This document shows, piece by piece, positions 40,092 through 51,600 of a DNA stretch of 64,000 nucleotides. Within the stretch, counting starts at the first letter, position 1. Each line of letters begins with the position of its first letter. Made by a program: the position numbers and the translations under genes. The notes under the pieces are model-generated. The model did not search any database and was not told where the DNA came from. It saw nothing but the letters and a program-made list of their open reading frames with translations. The stretch spans positions 11,098,001 to 11,162,000 of the forward strand of contig JBHGNT010000015.1 of assembly GCA_043228905.1 (NCBI GenBank). Direction: 5' to 3'. This stretch comes from Azolla caroliniana. Its lineage: Eukaryota; Plantae; Polypodiophyta.

Positions 40092-40613
40092 TCATTGGTT
40101 TTCTTGTTCCAAGGCAACAAAACTTTCTTTTAGACTCTATAACTCGGAGAAAATGGATTGATATTCTTAGGCGCTAATAGTAGCCATAGTATTGGAAAAA
40201 AGGGGTAAGAGGACAAGGGAAACCGAAAAGAAGACTAGAGGAAAATTGGTTCAAACTGTCAGGAATAGTACTAAAACAGAGAGAGAATTAGTACTGGAGA
40301 AGGGAAGTACTATTAGTACTAAGAGGACGAGACTACGTAAGACTCCCAAGAGAGGGAGAGAGAAGAGGAGAGAGAGAGAGAGAGAGAGATGATGATAACA
40401 GATGATATATTATATGAAGAGTAAGTACAAAATGGCTTTGAGGCTTAAGCCTGGAGTCGAACCAATTTGGTTCAACATAATTCCTTGTGCCTCCTTTTAT
40501 AGTGTTCTCAGGGAGTTCTGAAGCTTCTAGAATGTTCTAGAGAAATTTGGAGTATACATTAATTTCCTATAATAAAACTTAAATGAAAATAATATCCTAT
40601 GTATTACAATAGA

Positions 40614-40668
40614 TGGTATAATGGCCAAGAGCTCGACCCATATAACATAAGGTCATGGGTTCGAGTCT
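40614..40668 (+). promoter_or_regulatory. tRNA-like Pol III A-box/B-box module in the E 5' LTR (copy in 3' LTR at 30046-30100)
   Basis: TGGTATAATGG ... AGGTC ATGGG TTCGAGT C; box starts are 44 nt apart, as for tRNA positions 8 and 52. Confidence 0.55.
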
Positions 40669-41894
40669 TGCCATATCATGACATTGACCACTCCGATTCC
40701 ATATTTGATATCTGGCCAAGTACACACCATTGCGTATATCAGGCTTCCAACGGCAGAGCCGTATGGTATCTTCATCATCTCTGACTTCTCTGTCTTTGTC
40801 TTCGGACTTTGCTTTTTAGACAACTTGCAATTTTCCAAGAGTGTCGACCCGACTGGCTTGACATCCAACATGTTGAACTGTTGAAGTACCTTTGTCATGT
40901 ACGTCTCCAGTGACAACCACAATAGCTTCTTCGTCCAGTCCTGGATTATGTGCATCCCCAGTATCCGTCTTGCTAGACCCAAATCGTTCATTGAGAATGT
41001 TTGGTTCAAGGCCTTCTTCAGATTCCCGATTTTGATCCGGTCCGGTCCGACGATCAGCATGTCATCCACATATAGTAGGAGTATCAGGAAGTCTCCTCCA
41101 CCGAACTTCTTCACGAATACGCAGTGGTTGGCCTGTGTCTTGCGGTATCCTTAATCGGTCATGAAGGAGTCGATCGGTCTCTATAAGCTCTTCTTCAACC
41201 GCCACACCAGATGCTCCTTCCCTTTCTTCACAAACCCTTATGGTTGTTGCATGTAGATCTCTTCTTCGAGGTCGCCATGTAGGAACGCCGTCTTGACGTC
41301 TAGTTGCTCTACCTCGAGGTCCATGCTTGCCGTTATGCTCAACACCATCCGGATGGATGTCACCTTCACTACCGAGGCAAAGATCTCATTGAAATCCACT
41401 CCATTCTTCTGTTGAATCCCCTTCACCATGATCCGGGCTTTGTACCTTGGTGGATTTCCGACATCTCCTGATTTCACTTGTACACCCACTTGTTCCGGAG
41501 CACGCTCTTTCCTTTCGGCAGCTCCGTCAATTCATATGTGTGGTTCTTATGCAGGGAATCCATCTCGTCCTACATGACACTAAACCACTTGTGGTTGTGG
41601 GTGTCTTTCTTTGCTTCTTCGAAGCTTTCCGTCTCCTTGTGCGGAATAGCACTTGGCAACAACCGAGTCTTAAACTCAATGGAAGAACAAAACAAAAATG
41701 GAGATTAATACACTTACACAAACAACAAAGAGGACACAGGATGTTTATGTGGAAAACCCTAATAGGGAAAAAACCATAGGTGCCCGCGGACTTCAACTAT
41801 CACTATAAGGAGAGGATACAAAGAGAGACTCAAAGGCAATGATCTCGAGCTCTATGTCTTCACCAACCAACGGTTACAATAGAAAAGTTTTCTG

Positions 41895-41958
<64 letters not shown>

Positions 41959-42430
41959 CCTGTCTCTATACAAGAGTAATAATGACAACAACTACAACAA
42001 CTCTATCATAGTGGTTTCCCTAAGTCATATTTATACTTATATGACTTTAGGACTATTTACAAATATAGCCATGATAGGCACATCAGAAACATATTTACAT
42101 ATATGTCCCTAGATCCGGTTTCCATTGGATCCGCCTGGATACCTTCCGGATGTCATCTGGAGGGACCGAATTCCCAACAAGCTCCCCCTTCACACCGGCA
42201 TGGGATGTCTTGTCAATCTGATCCGTCTCCTACACGCGTCAAGCTTGTCGGTTGACAACACCTTGGTCAACATGTCCGACCCGTTCTCCTCCGTGTGGAT
42301 CTTCAACAATGCAAAGTCTTGATCTTCTACTCTCTCCCGGAGCCAGTGGTATCTACGTTGGATGTGCTTCATCCTGGAGTAGTACGTTGCATTCTTTGCA
42401 AGGTGGATGACACTTGATTGTCACAGTACA

Positions 42431-45400
42431 AAGCATCATTTTTTTAATATAGTTTTTGCTATTCTACTCTCTCTGTCTCTCCCACTCTCTATTTGTGTCT
42501 TGTAAGGTTTCCATTAAACTTGTACTCTCTCTGTTGCTATTCAGCTAAACCGATTTGTCATAAGCTTCTGCATATTAACTTTTACATGGTAGTAGAGCGC
42601 GAGGGTTGAGAACCTCCCCAACCGATGAGCAATTACTGAAGACGAACCCTAACACCCGGTAAAGAGCAAAAGATGGACAGAGGTATGGCAAGTTTGCTTT
42701 CGACAAAGAAGCTTGACAAACACAACTATGCATCATGGTCATACAAGATGCACCAGTATCTGCTCAGACATGGATACTAGAGTTATGTTGAGGGTGCGAA
42801 TGAAATAGCGCTAGAGTCATCACAAAAGGAGTTCTCGTCATGGGAAAAAGGAGCACGCAGAGTTCTATACTGCCTTGCGTCCTCCATGCATAACCAGATG
42901 ATCGACTACATTAGAGATGGCAAGATGTCGAAATAGGCCTAGGAAAATCTGAAAAAGATTTTCGCTGCAAGTACCTCAGCCCACAAGCTACAACTTTGGC
43001 AAGAACTGAACAATATCTAACAAAAGGATGTGTCAGTTTCAGACTACACCGCGAAGATAAGGAGATTTGCGATGCATTAGGGTCCATTAACATCACGATA
43101 GACGAGGAAGATATGGTGCAAATCTGCCTCAGTGGTCTGGCTCAAAGGTATGGGTTCATCCGGACCGCTATCCTCACCCAGGAGAAACCACCGTCCTTCA
43201 TCGACTTGCAATCGATGTTCATGGTCAAAGAAAACCACGTGAGTGGGTTAAGGACCACTCAATTAGAAAGTCAGATGTTGTACACAGAGGCGGATTGGTA
43301 TCGTGGGCGTGGAGGACGAGGTGGATTGACACGCAATGCAGGCGGCCGATAAGAGTAGAACCGGAGGCACAAAGATAGTGCCGACAGTAGTTCTGAACCC
43401 TTCACTAGCTGGGGGAGTTAAGGCGGCGCCGGAAACCAACAATGGAAAACCGACACGGAATGCTGGTGTTGTGGCAAGAAAGGCCTCCGGGAAAGTGAGT
43501 GTTGGAGGAAGCACGCCAATTCGGATAAATCCGGATCCGGCAAGGCCGAACAAGGGAACCGTCAAATCTCACACTACACTAAAGGATCAGAAGGATCCAG
43601 AACAAGAATGACCAGAAAATGGCTAGCCTTTGTGATGAAGCACAAGGGGAACTCGATGAAGAAGATTTTCCAAATTAGAGGAAGTGTGGTTTGTTGACTC
43701 CGAAATGTCTAACCACATGACGAGCCACGAAGAGTGGTTCTCATTTCTGGAAAAGATGGAGCAACTGGGAGTTGTCAAAACCGGAGACGACACCACTCCT
43801 CACCCGATCGTGCATGTCGGAGAAGTCCCTTTAAGCCATGTCGGACAAAAGGGAAAGCTGATGAACGTAATACATGTTCCGACAATCCCAAAGAACCTGG
43901 TGTCAGTCGGTCAGATCATTGACCAGGGGTTGCAGGTGCGGTTCACGCACCTTGAGTGCTTCATAGAGGAAGAAGGCCGGATAATCGCACAAGGGTGAAT
44001 GGATGGGAGGATGCTCATCTTCAACACCAATGACGTCGGCACTGCTATGTTCGCAAAAGAACATAAGATCGAATCAGAAATCGATCTCGGACACAAGCGA
44101 ATCGGCCACGTCAACCACCGAAGACTTCAAAACCTGCAATCGAAACAAGTTGTTTTCGGATTGCCAAAATTTAGTGGCCAGAAGGCCCAAATTTTTTAAG
44201 CCTGCCAACTCGGGAAGCAACACCGGAGTTGTAACAAGCTTGATCTAATACATTTGGATGTATGGGGACTGGCACAGAACATTAGTCTTGGCGGGAGCTG
44301 ATATTTCGTCTTCTTCATCGACGACTATAGCCGGCACACATGGATCTACCTCTTCGACTGTTTTCAGAACCCGCAAAGTCTTATCGAACGGGAAACGGAG
44401 AGGAAGATCAAGTGCCTGCGCTCGGATGGCGGAAAAGAATATTTTTCCAGCCAATTCAACAATTATCTACAGCAAAAAGGAATTCGTAGAGAATTCAACT
44501 ATCGATACACATTGGAACAAAACGGTGTGGCCAAAAGGAAGAACCGGTTGATCGTCGATGCGTCACGAGCAATGCTTGAGGAGAAAAGCATGCCCAAATT
44601 GTACTAGGATGAGGCAGTCAGGATGGAACCCGAATTGAAGGCACCTTTGGATATTTAGTAGCATAACATATTGCGCATGTATGAGATGAGAAGTCGGAGA
44701 AGTGCATCCTTGTCGGCTACTCACATGAGCAAAAGGGTTATAAGTGCTATAACCCCCGAACAAAACAAGTTCGAGTGAGCAGAGATGTCAAATTTGATGA
44801 GTCGGCATCATGGTACTCCTACCAGCTCTGATGTCTGACTCCGACCCAATTCCGGAGGATGAGGCCAATGAACCCGAAACAATCCGGGCAGAAGATGAGA
44901 GTATGATCTCATTCTGACTAAGTGGCCGAATGAGCAACTGAGTCGGAATGACCAGTCAAATGAAGAGCAAGCGAGTAGTGACGACTCGATCGTGCTCTCC
45001 CCGCACAAGGAACCGAAGAGACGATTCAAGCACAAAGAAAAGAGGAATACGAAGATGCTAGAGTACAACACCAGCAGAGACGAGTCAGATCAGAGTGAAT
45101 CTGACACCAAACAGATCAAAGATGGACCTTTGGAAAGAGAAGTCTGAGTCGGCCAAGAAGGCCAAGAAATCGGCAGAGCAAAAATTGTGCTGATCCACGC
45201 GCGAGAAGAACCCCATAAAAAGGGACGGGTACAATGAGTATATGACGCATCATTATGCGTACATGGTGAAGGTGGCAGTCGTGCGTGAGCTGGAGAGCTA
45301 TGCAGAAGCGGCGAAGGATGCAAATTGGCATGCCGCTATGGAGGAAGAGATGCAAGCACTCACGGAAAATGAGATGTGGGATTTAGTGGATGTACCAAAA

Positions 45401-46250
45401 GGAGTGGAGCCAATCGATTGCCAGTTGGTATACTAAGTTAAATACAACACCGATGTCTCCTGGAATGCGAAGATCATGCAAAGACTGCGTCGGATCGGGT
45501 TTGCTTTATCCGGAAAGAAGTTCCTCTACAGACTCTTCTCTCTTCATCTGGAAAGGTCAGAACGGGTTGGTTAGTATTTTACTTTATGTTGATGATTTAG
45601 TCATTGTCGGTGCCGACCTAGACGAAATCAGCCACGTCAAGTTCCAACATGTGGCATCATTGGACATGAAGGATCTTGGGAACCTTCATTAGTTCCTCAG
45701 GATCGAAGTGGTCTGCACCCTAGAGGACATACTGATCAGTCAACGGCAAAATGTGCTGAGTATGCTCTTCAAATTCGGTATGACGAAATGCAAATCCGTC
45801 TCGACCCCTATGGACCGGAATGTGAAGCTTCGTCCTGGCTCCGGAACGGCATGCGACTCAAAAAGGTTCTGACATATAGTTGCAAGCTTATCTATCTTAC
45901 CATCACCCGGCTGGACCTCAGTTATCCGGTCGGATTGATCGGTCAATTTATGGCACATCCAACCGTGGAGCACCTTCAATGCGCGCATAGAATCCTATGA
46001 TATGTTTGCGGCACTAAGGACAGGGGGTTGTTGTATGGGACCAGTGTGCCCGGACAACTTGTCAGCTACACGGATGTCGATTGGGCCAGAAATATGCATT
46101 TTCACTTGGAAGCGCCGCAGTCGCCTGGAGCAGTAAGAAGTAGACGATAGTTGCACTGTCGAGCACTAAGGTTGAGTACCGAGGAGCGGTTGTCGCGACA
46201 TGCGAAGCCATATTGTTCAAGAGTCACCTAAAGGATATGTAGGTGGAGGT
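42431..46250 (+). mobile_element. Element L: decayed copia (non-Tork lineage) with truncated 5' LTR and an RT-internal deletion
   Basis: LTR end TTTACA 42586, decayed PBS tggtagtagagc, gag LDKHNYASWSYKM from 42674, WFVDS..SNHMT, YVDDL; jump from KYNTD to WNAKI at about 45455. Confidence 0.85.
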
Positions 46251-46758
46251 TGTTGGGTACACCGTCATCTAATGCGGAACAAGATCAACATTCTTCTAGG
46301 ATAAGATCGTAAATGGATGCAAGTTCATTTACTTGAAGGCAGCGAAGACAGAAAAGAAATCAACTAGTACGCAAGAGAGAGAGACAATTAGGCACAATGT
46401 CAAGAGTGTATTACAACTTAACGCAACCTAAACCTAACTAGGTTACAAAGTCTGTTTATATACTGATTGGCTTAGGGCAACTGCCCTTCTCACTATTTAC
46501 ATAAATAACCTAAGCCTAGTGTGTACAAAAGGAGATAATGTGAATACGTCCATTAGAAGCTCGTATTCAACACTCCCCCGTAATGGGCGTATACATCTGA
46601 AATCTGCAGACCGAAATGAATGTACAATACAGATTGATACAAGGTGTTGAGAGGCAAGCTCAACATCGGCCGGATCGGTTGAGCAAGCTAAGGATCGGAT
46701 CAGTTGGGACCGATCGGTTAGGCCGGACCGGTGCGTAAAACAGATACCGAAACAGGTG
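46251..46758 (-). mobile_element. Element G: 3' LTR plus 3' internal fragment of an F-related copia
   Basis: LTR 46251-46572 (TGTTGG...CAACA) followed by ctcccccgtaatgggcgtatacat, identical to F's PPT region. Confidence 0.8.
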
Positions 46759-48016
46759 TGTAACGAGAGGCCGTATCGGTGCGTAAACCAAAAGGCCGTT
46801 AGAGAGATATTCCTCGTAAGGAATAGTTTTGGGAGTAAGTGTCGAGGCTCATTTATGAGCAGTCAAGTACTGTCAGTACTTGTGTCAGCCCATTGTCAGG
46901 GCTTGTATAAAAGGTGCTCACTGAGCACGATGTATGTACAGATTGAGTATTATTTTTTAATAGAGCTCTGGTGTTTACTCTCTCTCTCTCTGTCTCTCCC
47001 GTGCGTACTGTGCAAACCTAAGCTTTCCATTAAACCTGCGTTTTCTGTTGTTTGGTTTCCTATATTGCTTCCGCACGCCATTCTTTTCATGGTATTAGAG
47101 TGCGAGGGTTGAGAACCTCTACAGTCAACTTTGCTTGAAGGAAAAACCAACAAAGAAGAACAAGAAAATTGATGGACAGAGGACTGGCTAGCTCGCTTCC
47201 GACGGATCAGCTCGACAAAAACAACTACGCATCTTGGTCCTACAAGATGCACTAGTACCTGCTTGGGCACGGTTACTGGAGCTATGTCGAAGGAGCGAAT
47301 GACGCGGCACCCGAATCAACACACAAAGACTTCCCGGCGTGGGAACAATCGGCGAGCAGAGTGTTGTACTGTTTCACGTCTTCTGTGGGCGAACAGCTAT
47401 TAAGCTACGCTCGGGATGCAACAACGTCGAAGGGTGCGTGGGAAAATCTGAAGAAAATCTTCGCCGCGAGCACCACAGCCAGGAAGCTTCAGCTCCGACA
47501 GGATTTGAACAACCTATGACAACACAATTTGTCGGTGGCTGACTATACCTCGAAGATCAAGGACATATGCAACTCCTTAGTTTCCATCGATGTGAACATC
47601 GAGGAAAGCGAGAAGGTCCACATTTGTCTCGGGGGTTTGGCGTCAAAGTTTGGGGCGTTCCGAACTATTGTATGTACCCGGGAGAATATGCCGTCCTTTT
47701 TCGACTTACAATCGATTCTCCTAGTAGAGGAGAACCACGCAGGTGCGTCAACGAGCACGCACACCGATAGCAAGATGGTGTACACGGAGGGAGATAGGCC
47801 CCGTGGACGTGGAGGACGAGGCGAGTCGGTGCCCATTGGAGGCGGCCGACGAGATCAAGGAAGGAGGCACCGAAATGATGCTGATAGCAATTTCGGACCC
47901 TCCGGAAACAGGGGGAGTCGAGGCGATGAGAACCGGCAAGGGAAATGTTGGGAGACAGGTCCCTCCGGATGGGAAGGGAGAAGAATAGTGCCGATGAACA
48001 AACTCGGCCGAGGCCG

Positions 48017-48191
48017 AAACCGGATGAGGAGGACCCGGCTACAGAGAGCCGGATGGTGCAGGCCCGGTATGAACCGGATGAGGAGTACCCGGCTACGGAG
48101 AGCCGGATGGTGCAGGCCCGGTATGAACCGGATGAGGAGTACCCGGCTACAGAGAGCCGGATGGTACAGACCCGGTATGAACTGGATGAAG
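48017..48191 (+). repeat. 54-bp tandem repeat (3+ copies) in U3 of the I 5' LTR
   Basis: Units start at 48017, 48071, 48125 and 48179 (partial). Confidence 0.92.
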
Positions 48192-48675
48192 AGACATATT
48201 CGTAAATATGTTACTGAGAGCCCATCGAGGCTACATTTGTAAATAGCCGAAAAGTCATATTAGTATAAATATGACTTAGGGAAAACTTTTGTTGCGGTTG
48301 TTGTCATTTTTCTTGTTGGGGCAAGAAGAAGACAGAGAGTACGTAACGTTGTACAGAGAGAGAGTGAGAAAGAGGTCGTTGCCTCTATTGTAACCGCCGC
48401 CTGTGGCGAAGATCTGTGAGCATGAGGTCGTTGCCTCAGTGAACTCACCATTGTACATTCTTACATAGTGACAGTTTGTTGCCTATGGGCTGCCGTGGTT
48501 TTTCCCCTAGTTTGGGGTTTTCCACGTAAACCTCATGTGTACCTCCTCTCTTCTTTGTGTCGTGCTTTATTTCCCGTTTTCTGTGTATCATTCTAAGCTC
48601 GGTTGTGGCCAAGCCTTACGCATAAGGAACGACCAGTTCCCGACAAGTGGTATCAGAGCGAAATCGACACAGAAA

Positions 48676-51600
48676 ATGGATGAATCGTTTGGCGGCATGT
48701 TCAACCTCACCGGCTCAAACTATTCAGTGTGGAAGTCGAAGATGAGGGACATGCTCGTGGTTAAAGATCTTTGGCTACCGGTTCAGTTCGGGGACAAGAG
48801 ACCAGACAAGATCGACGCCACAATATGGGAGGTGATGCACATGAAGACAACGGCGTACATACGGTGCTTCATCAACATGAGCCTGTACAACAACTTCAAT
48901 GAAGAGAGCAAGGCTCATGAGCTCTGGGAGAAGATCGGCATAATGTTTCAAAACAAAAATGTTGTTAATCAGGTTTCGGTATTCCGGAAGCTAGTAAGAC
49001 TCCGGTACCAAGATGGCTCCAGCATGGCGGAGCATATGAATGCCTTCCAGGGGCTGATACACCAGGCAACGTCATTGGAAGTACCTCTTGCCGATGAGGT
49101 ACTAGCGCTACTCCTGCTCGGTTCCCTCCTGGATAGCTGGGAGACGTTGGTTGTCACTTTGGGCAACGCCGGGCCGGAAGGAAAACGGTTATCCCTAGCA
49201 AGAGTAAAGTCGAGCTTGCTAGATGAGGAGGCGCGTCGGAAAGATAAAGATACGAGCTCCAACTCCAAAGCTCTCCTTACCGAATCGGAACGTGGAAGAC
49301 ATAGAAACCATAGTCCCCAGAACCGGGAGAAGTCGGGGACACGGTCAAAGTCAAGGGGGAGGCCCACTTGCTTCTATTGCGGCAAGCCGAGTCATTTCCA
49401 AAAGAACTGTCGGCATTTCCATAAAGACAAGGAAACCGATGGTACCGATTCGAAGCGGACCCCGAACCGGAACGGTAAAGACCGGAAGGGGACGGACCGG
49501 AAGGGAACGACGGCAATCGCGGCAAGTGAAGAAGAGTTGATGCTCATCACCGAGGAGAGTGAGATAAACCTTGCTGGCGACGAGATGACTTGGGTGGTCG
49601 ACTCCGGAGCGTCGTTCCACCTTACCCCGGACCGGAAATGCTTCTCATCCTACTCAGCCGGTGACCACGGCTGTGTCCGGATGGGGAATGAAGGTACATG
49701 CCGAATTGTCGGCATAGGAGACGTGTGGTTGTCAACACCAACCGGATGCAAGTTGCTGCTGAAGGATGTCCGACACGTTCCGGAGGTTCGTTTGAACCTT
49801 ATATCAGCCGGTCGGCTAGATGATGAAGGCTACACGGGTAGCATCCGGAACGGTGTCATGAAGTTCAGCAAAGGGAGCTTGATTGTGGCTCGGGCCCGGA
49901 AGGTCAACACACTGTACCTGATGAATGCCCGGTTATGCCCGGGAGAAGTGAACGCGGCATCTGACACTACCGGTGAGCTGTGGCACAAGAGGCTGTGTCA
50001 CATGAGCGAGAAGGGGATGAAGAGGCTTGCAGACGACAACCTCATTCCAGTGAAGAACGTGCACTTGGAGAAGTGCACTGATTGTCTGGCCGGTAAGCAA
50101 AACCGGACCTCCTTCCAACCAAGGCCACCGATGAGACGTAATGCACCACTAGAGTTGGTGCATACGGATGTGTGTCAGGTAGACACGAAGTCACATGCCG
50201 GAGCGCAGTACTTCGTGACTTTCATAGATGACCACAGCCGGAAGCTGTGGGCCACATCGTTGAAGACGAAGGATCAGGTGTTATCCCTTTTCAAAGAGCT
50301 CCACGCGAGAGTGGAAAGAGAAACTGGCCGGAAGCTGAAGGCGGTTCGAGCAGATAACGGAGGAGAGTACCGGGGGTAGTTCGAGGAGTACTGTCGCTCC
50401 AAGGGAATCCGACTCGAATTTACCGTGCCGAAGACGCTGGAACTAAACGGACTAGCCGAGAGGATGAACCGGACCATAATGGAGAGGGTCCGGAGTATGC
50501 TAGCGCATGCAAAACTACCCAAGAAGTTTTGGGCTGAGGCACTGTCGACGGCGACATACGTGATAAATAGATCACCCTCAGTACCCTTGGACGGAGACAC
50601 GCCACAGAGAGTGTGGACCGGTAAGGAAGTATCCTACCGGCATCTGAAGGTGTTCGGGTGTCTCGCTCACGTGCATGTAGCTAAGGACCGGAGGGGTAAG
50701 TTAGATCCAAAGACCCGGCCATGCATATTCCTCGGTTACGGTGATGATGAGTTCGGCTACCGAGTGTGGGACCCGGTCGACAAGAAGGTATTCCGGAGTC
50801 GAGATATTATCTTCATGGAGGACAAGACGCTCGCCGACTGGGAGTCAGAGAAGAAGATAATGAACTCTGAGTCGACCGGTAAGGATAGACTCTACGATGA
50901 GCAGACCCAACCGGCAAGAGACCGGTTAGCACTCGAGGAACCAGCCGGTTACGGTGAGGATACCGAACCGGCAGAAGAAGAAGTAGAGGAAGCTGAGACC
51001 GGAACCGGCCAAGACTCCGAATCGGATTCGGATGAAGAGCAAATGGAGGAGCCGGTTACCGAAGCCCGAAGACGTAGGTATCCTCTCAGAGAGAGAAGGG
51101 CCCCCCGGAGATTTCCGGAAGCAGAGCATGTGCTGCTGACCAATGAGGGAGAGCCGGAAAGCTTCGAAGAAGCGAAGAAGGACACCCACAGCCGAAAATG
51201 GTTAAGTGCCATGCAGGACGAGATGGATTCCCTGCATGAGAACCATACGTACAAATTGGTTGAGTTGCCGAAAGGAAAGCGGGCACTCCAAAATAAGTGG
51301 GTGTACAAGTTGAAACCGGGAGATGCCGACAACCCCCCGAGATACAAAGCCAGGATCGTGGTGAAGGGGTTCCAGCAGAAGAAGGGCGTGGACTTCGACG
51401 AGATATTTGCCCCGGTAGTAAAGATGACCTCCATCTGGACGGTGTTGAGTATAGCGGCAAGCATGGACCTCGAGGTAGAGCAGCTGGACGTGAAGACGGC
51501 ATTCCTTCACGGCAACCTCAAAGAGGAGATCTACATGCAGCAACCGGAAAGATTTGTGGAGAAAGGGAAGGAGCACCTGGTATGCCGGTTGAAGAAGAGC

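Larger units (their letters stand above)
29641..40683 (-). mobile_element. Element E: Ty3/gypsy chromovirus (Tcn1/sushi-like)
   Basis: LTRs 29641-30115 and 40257-40683 (TGTCA...TGACA), TSD CTGAC/TTGAC, PPT 30120-30128; gag PKIGLPVKFDG and CLYC..GH; LLDSGA; DYRGLN/GAYNLVRI RT; ADASDFALG RNaseH; GPF and chromodomain. Confidence 0.95.

Noticed and set aside
40607-40683. Functional tRNA gene
   Set aside because: Acceptor, D and anticodon stems do not pair; kept only as a tRNA-like promoter module
48017-48191. CRISPR-like periodic array
   Set aside because: Pure tandem repeats with no unique spacers, eukaryotic LTR context, no cas genes
47529-48242. 237-aa ORF with C-terminal repeats
   Set aside because: Chimeric read-through from H gag into the tandem repeats of the I LTR
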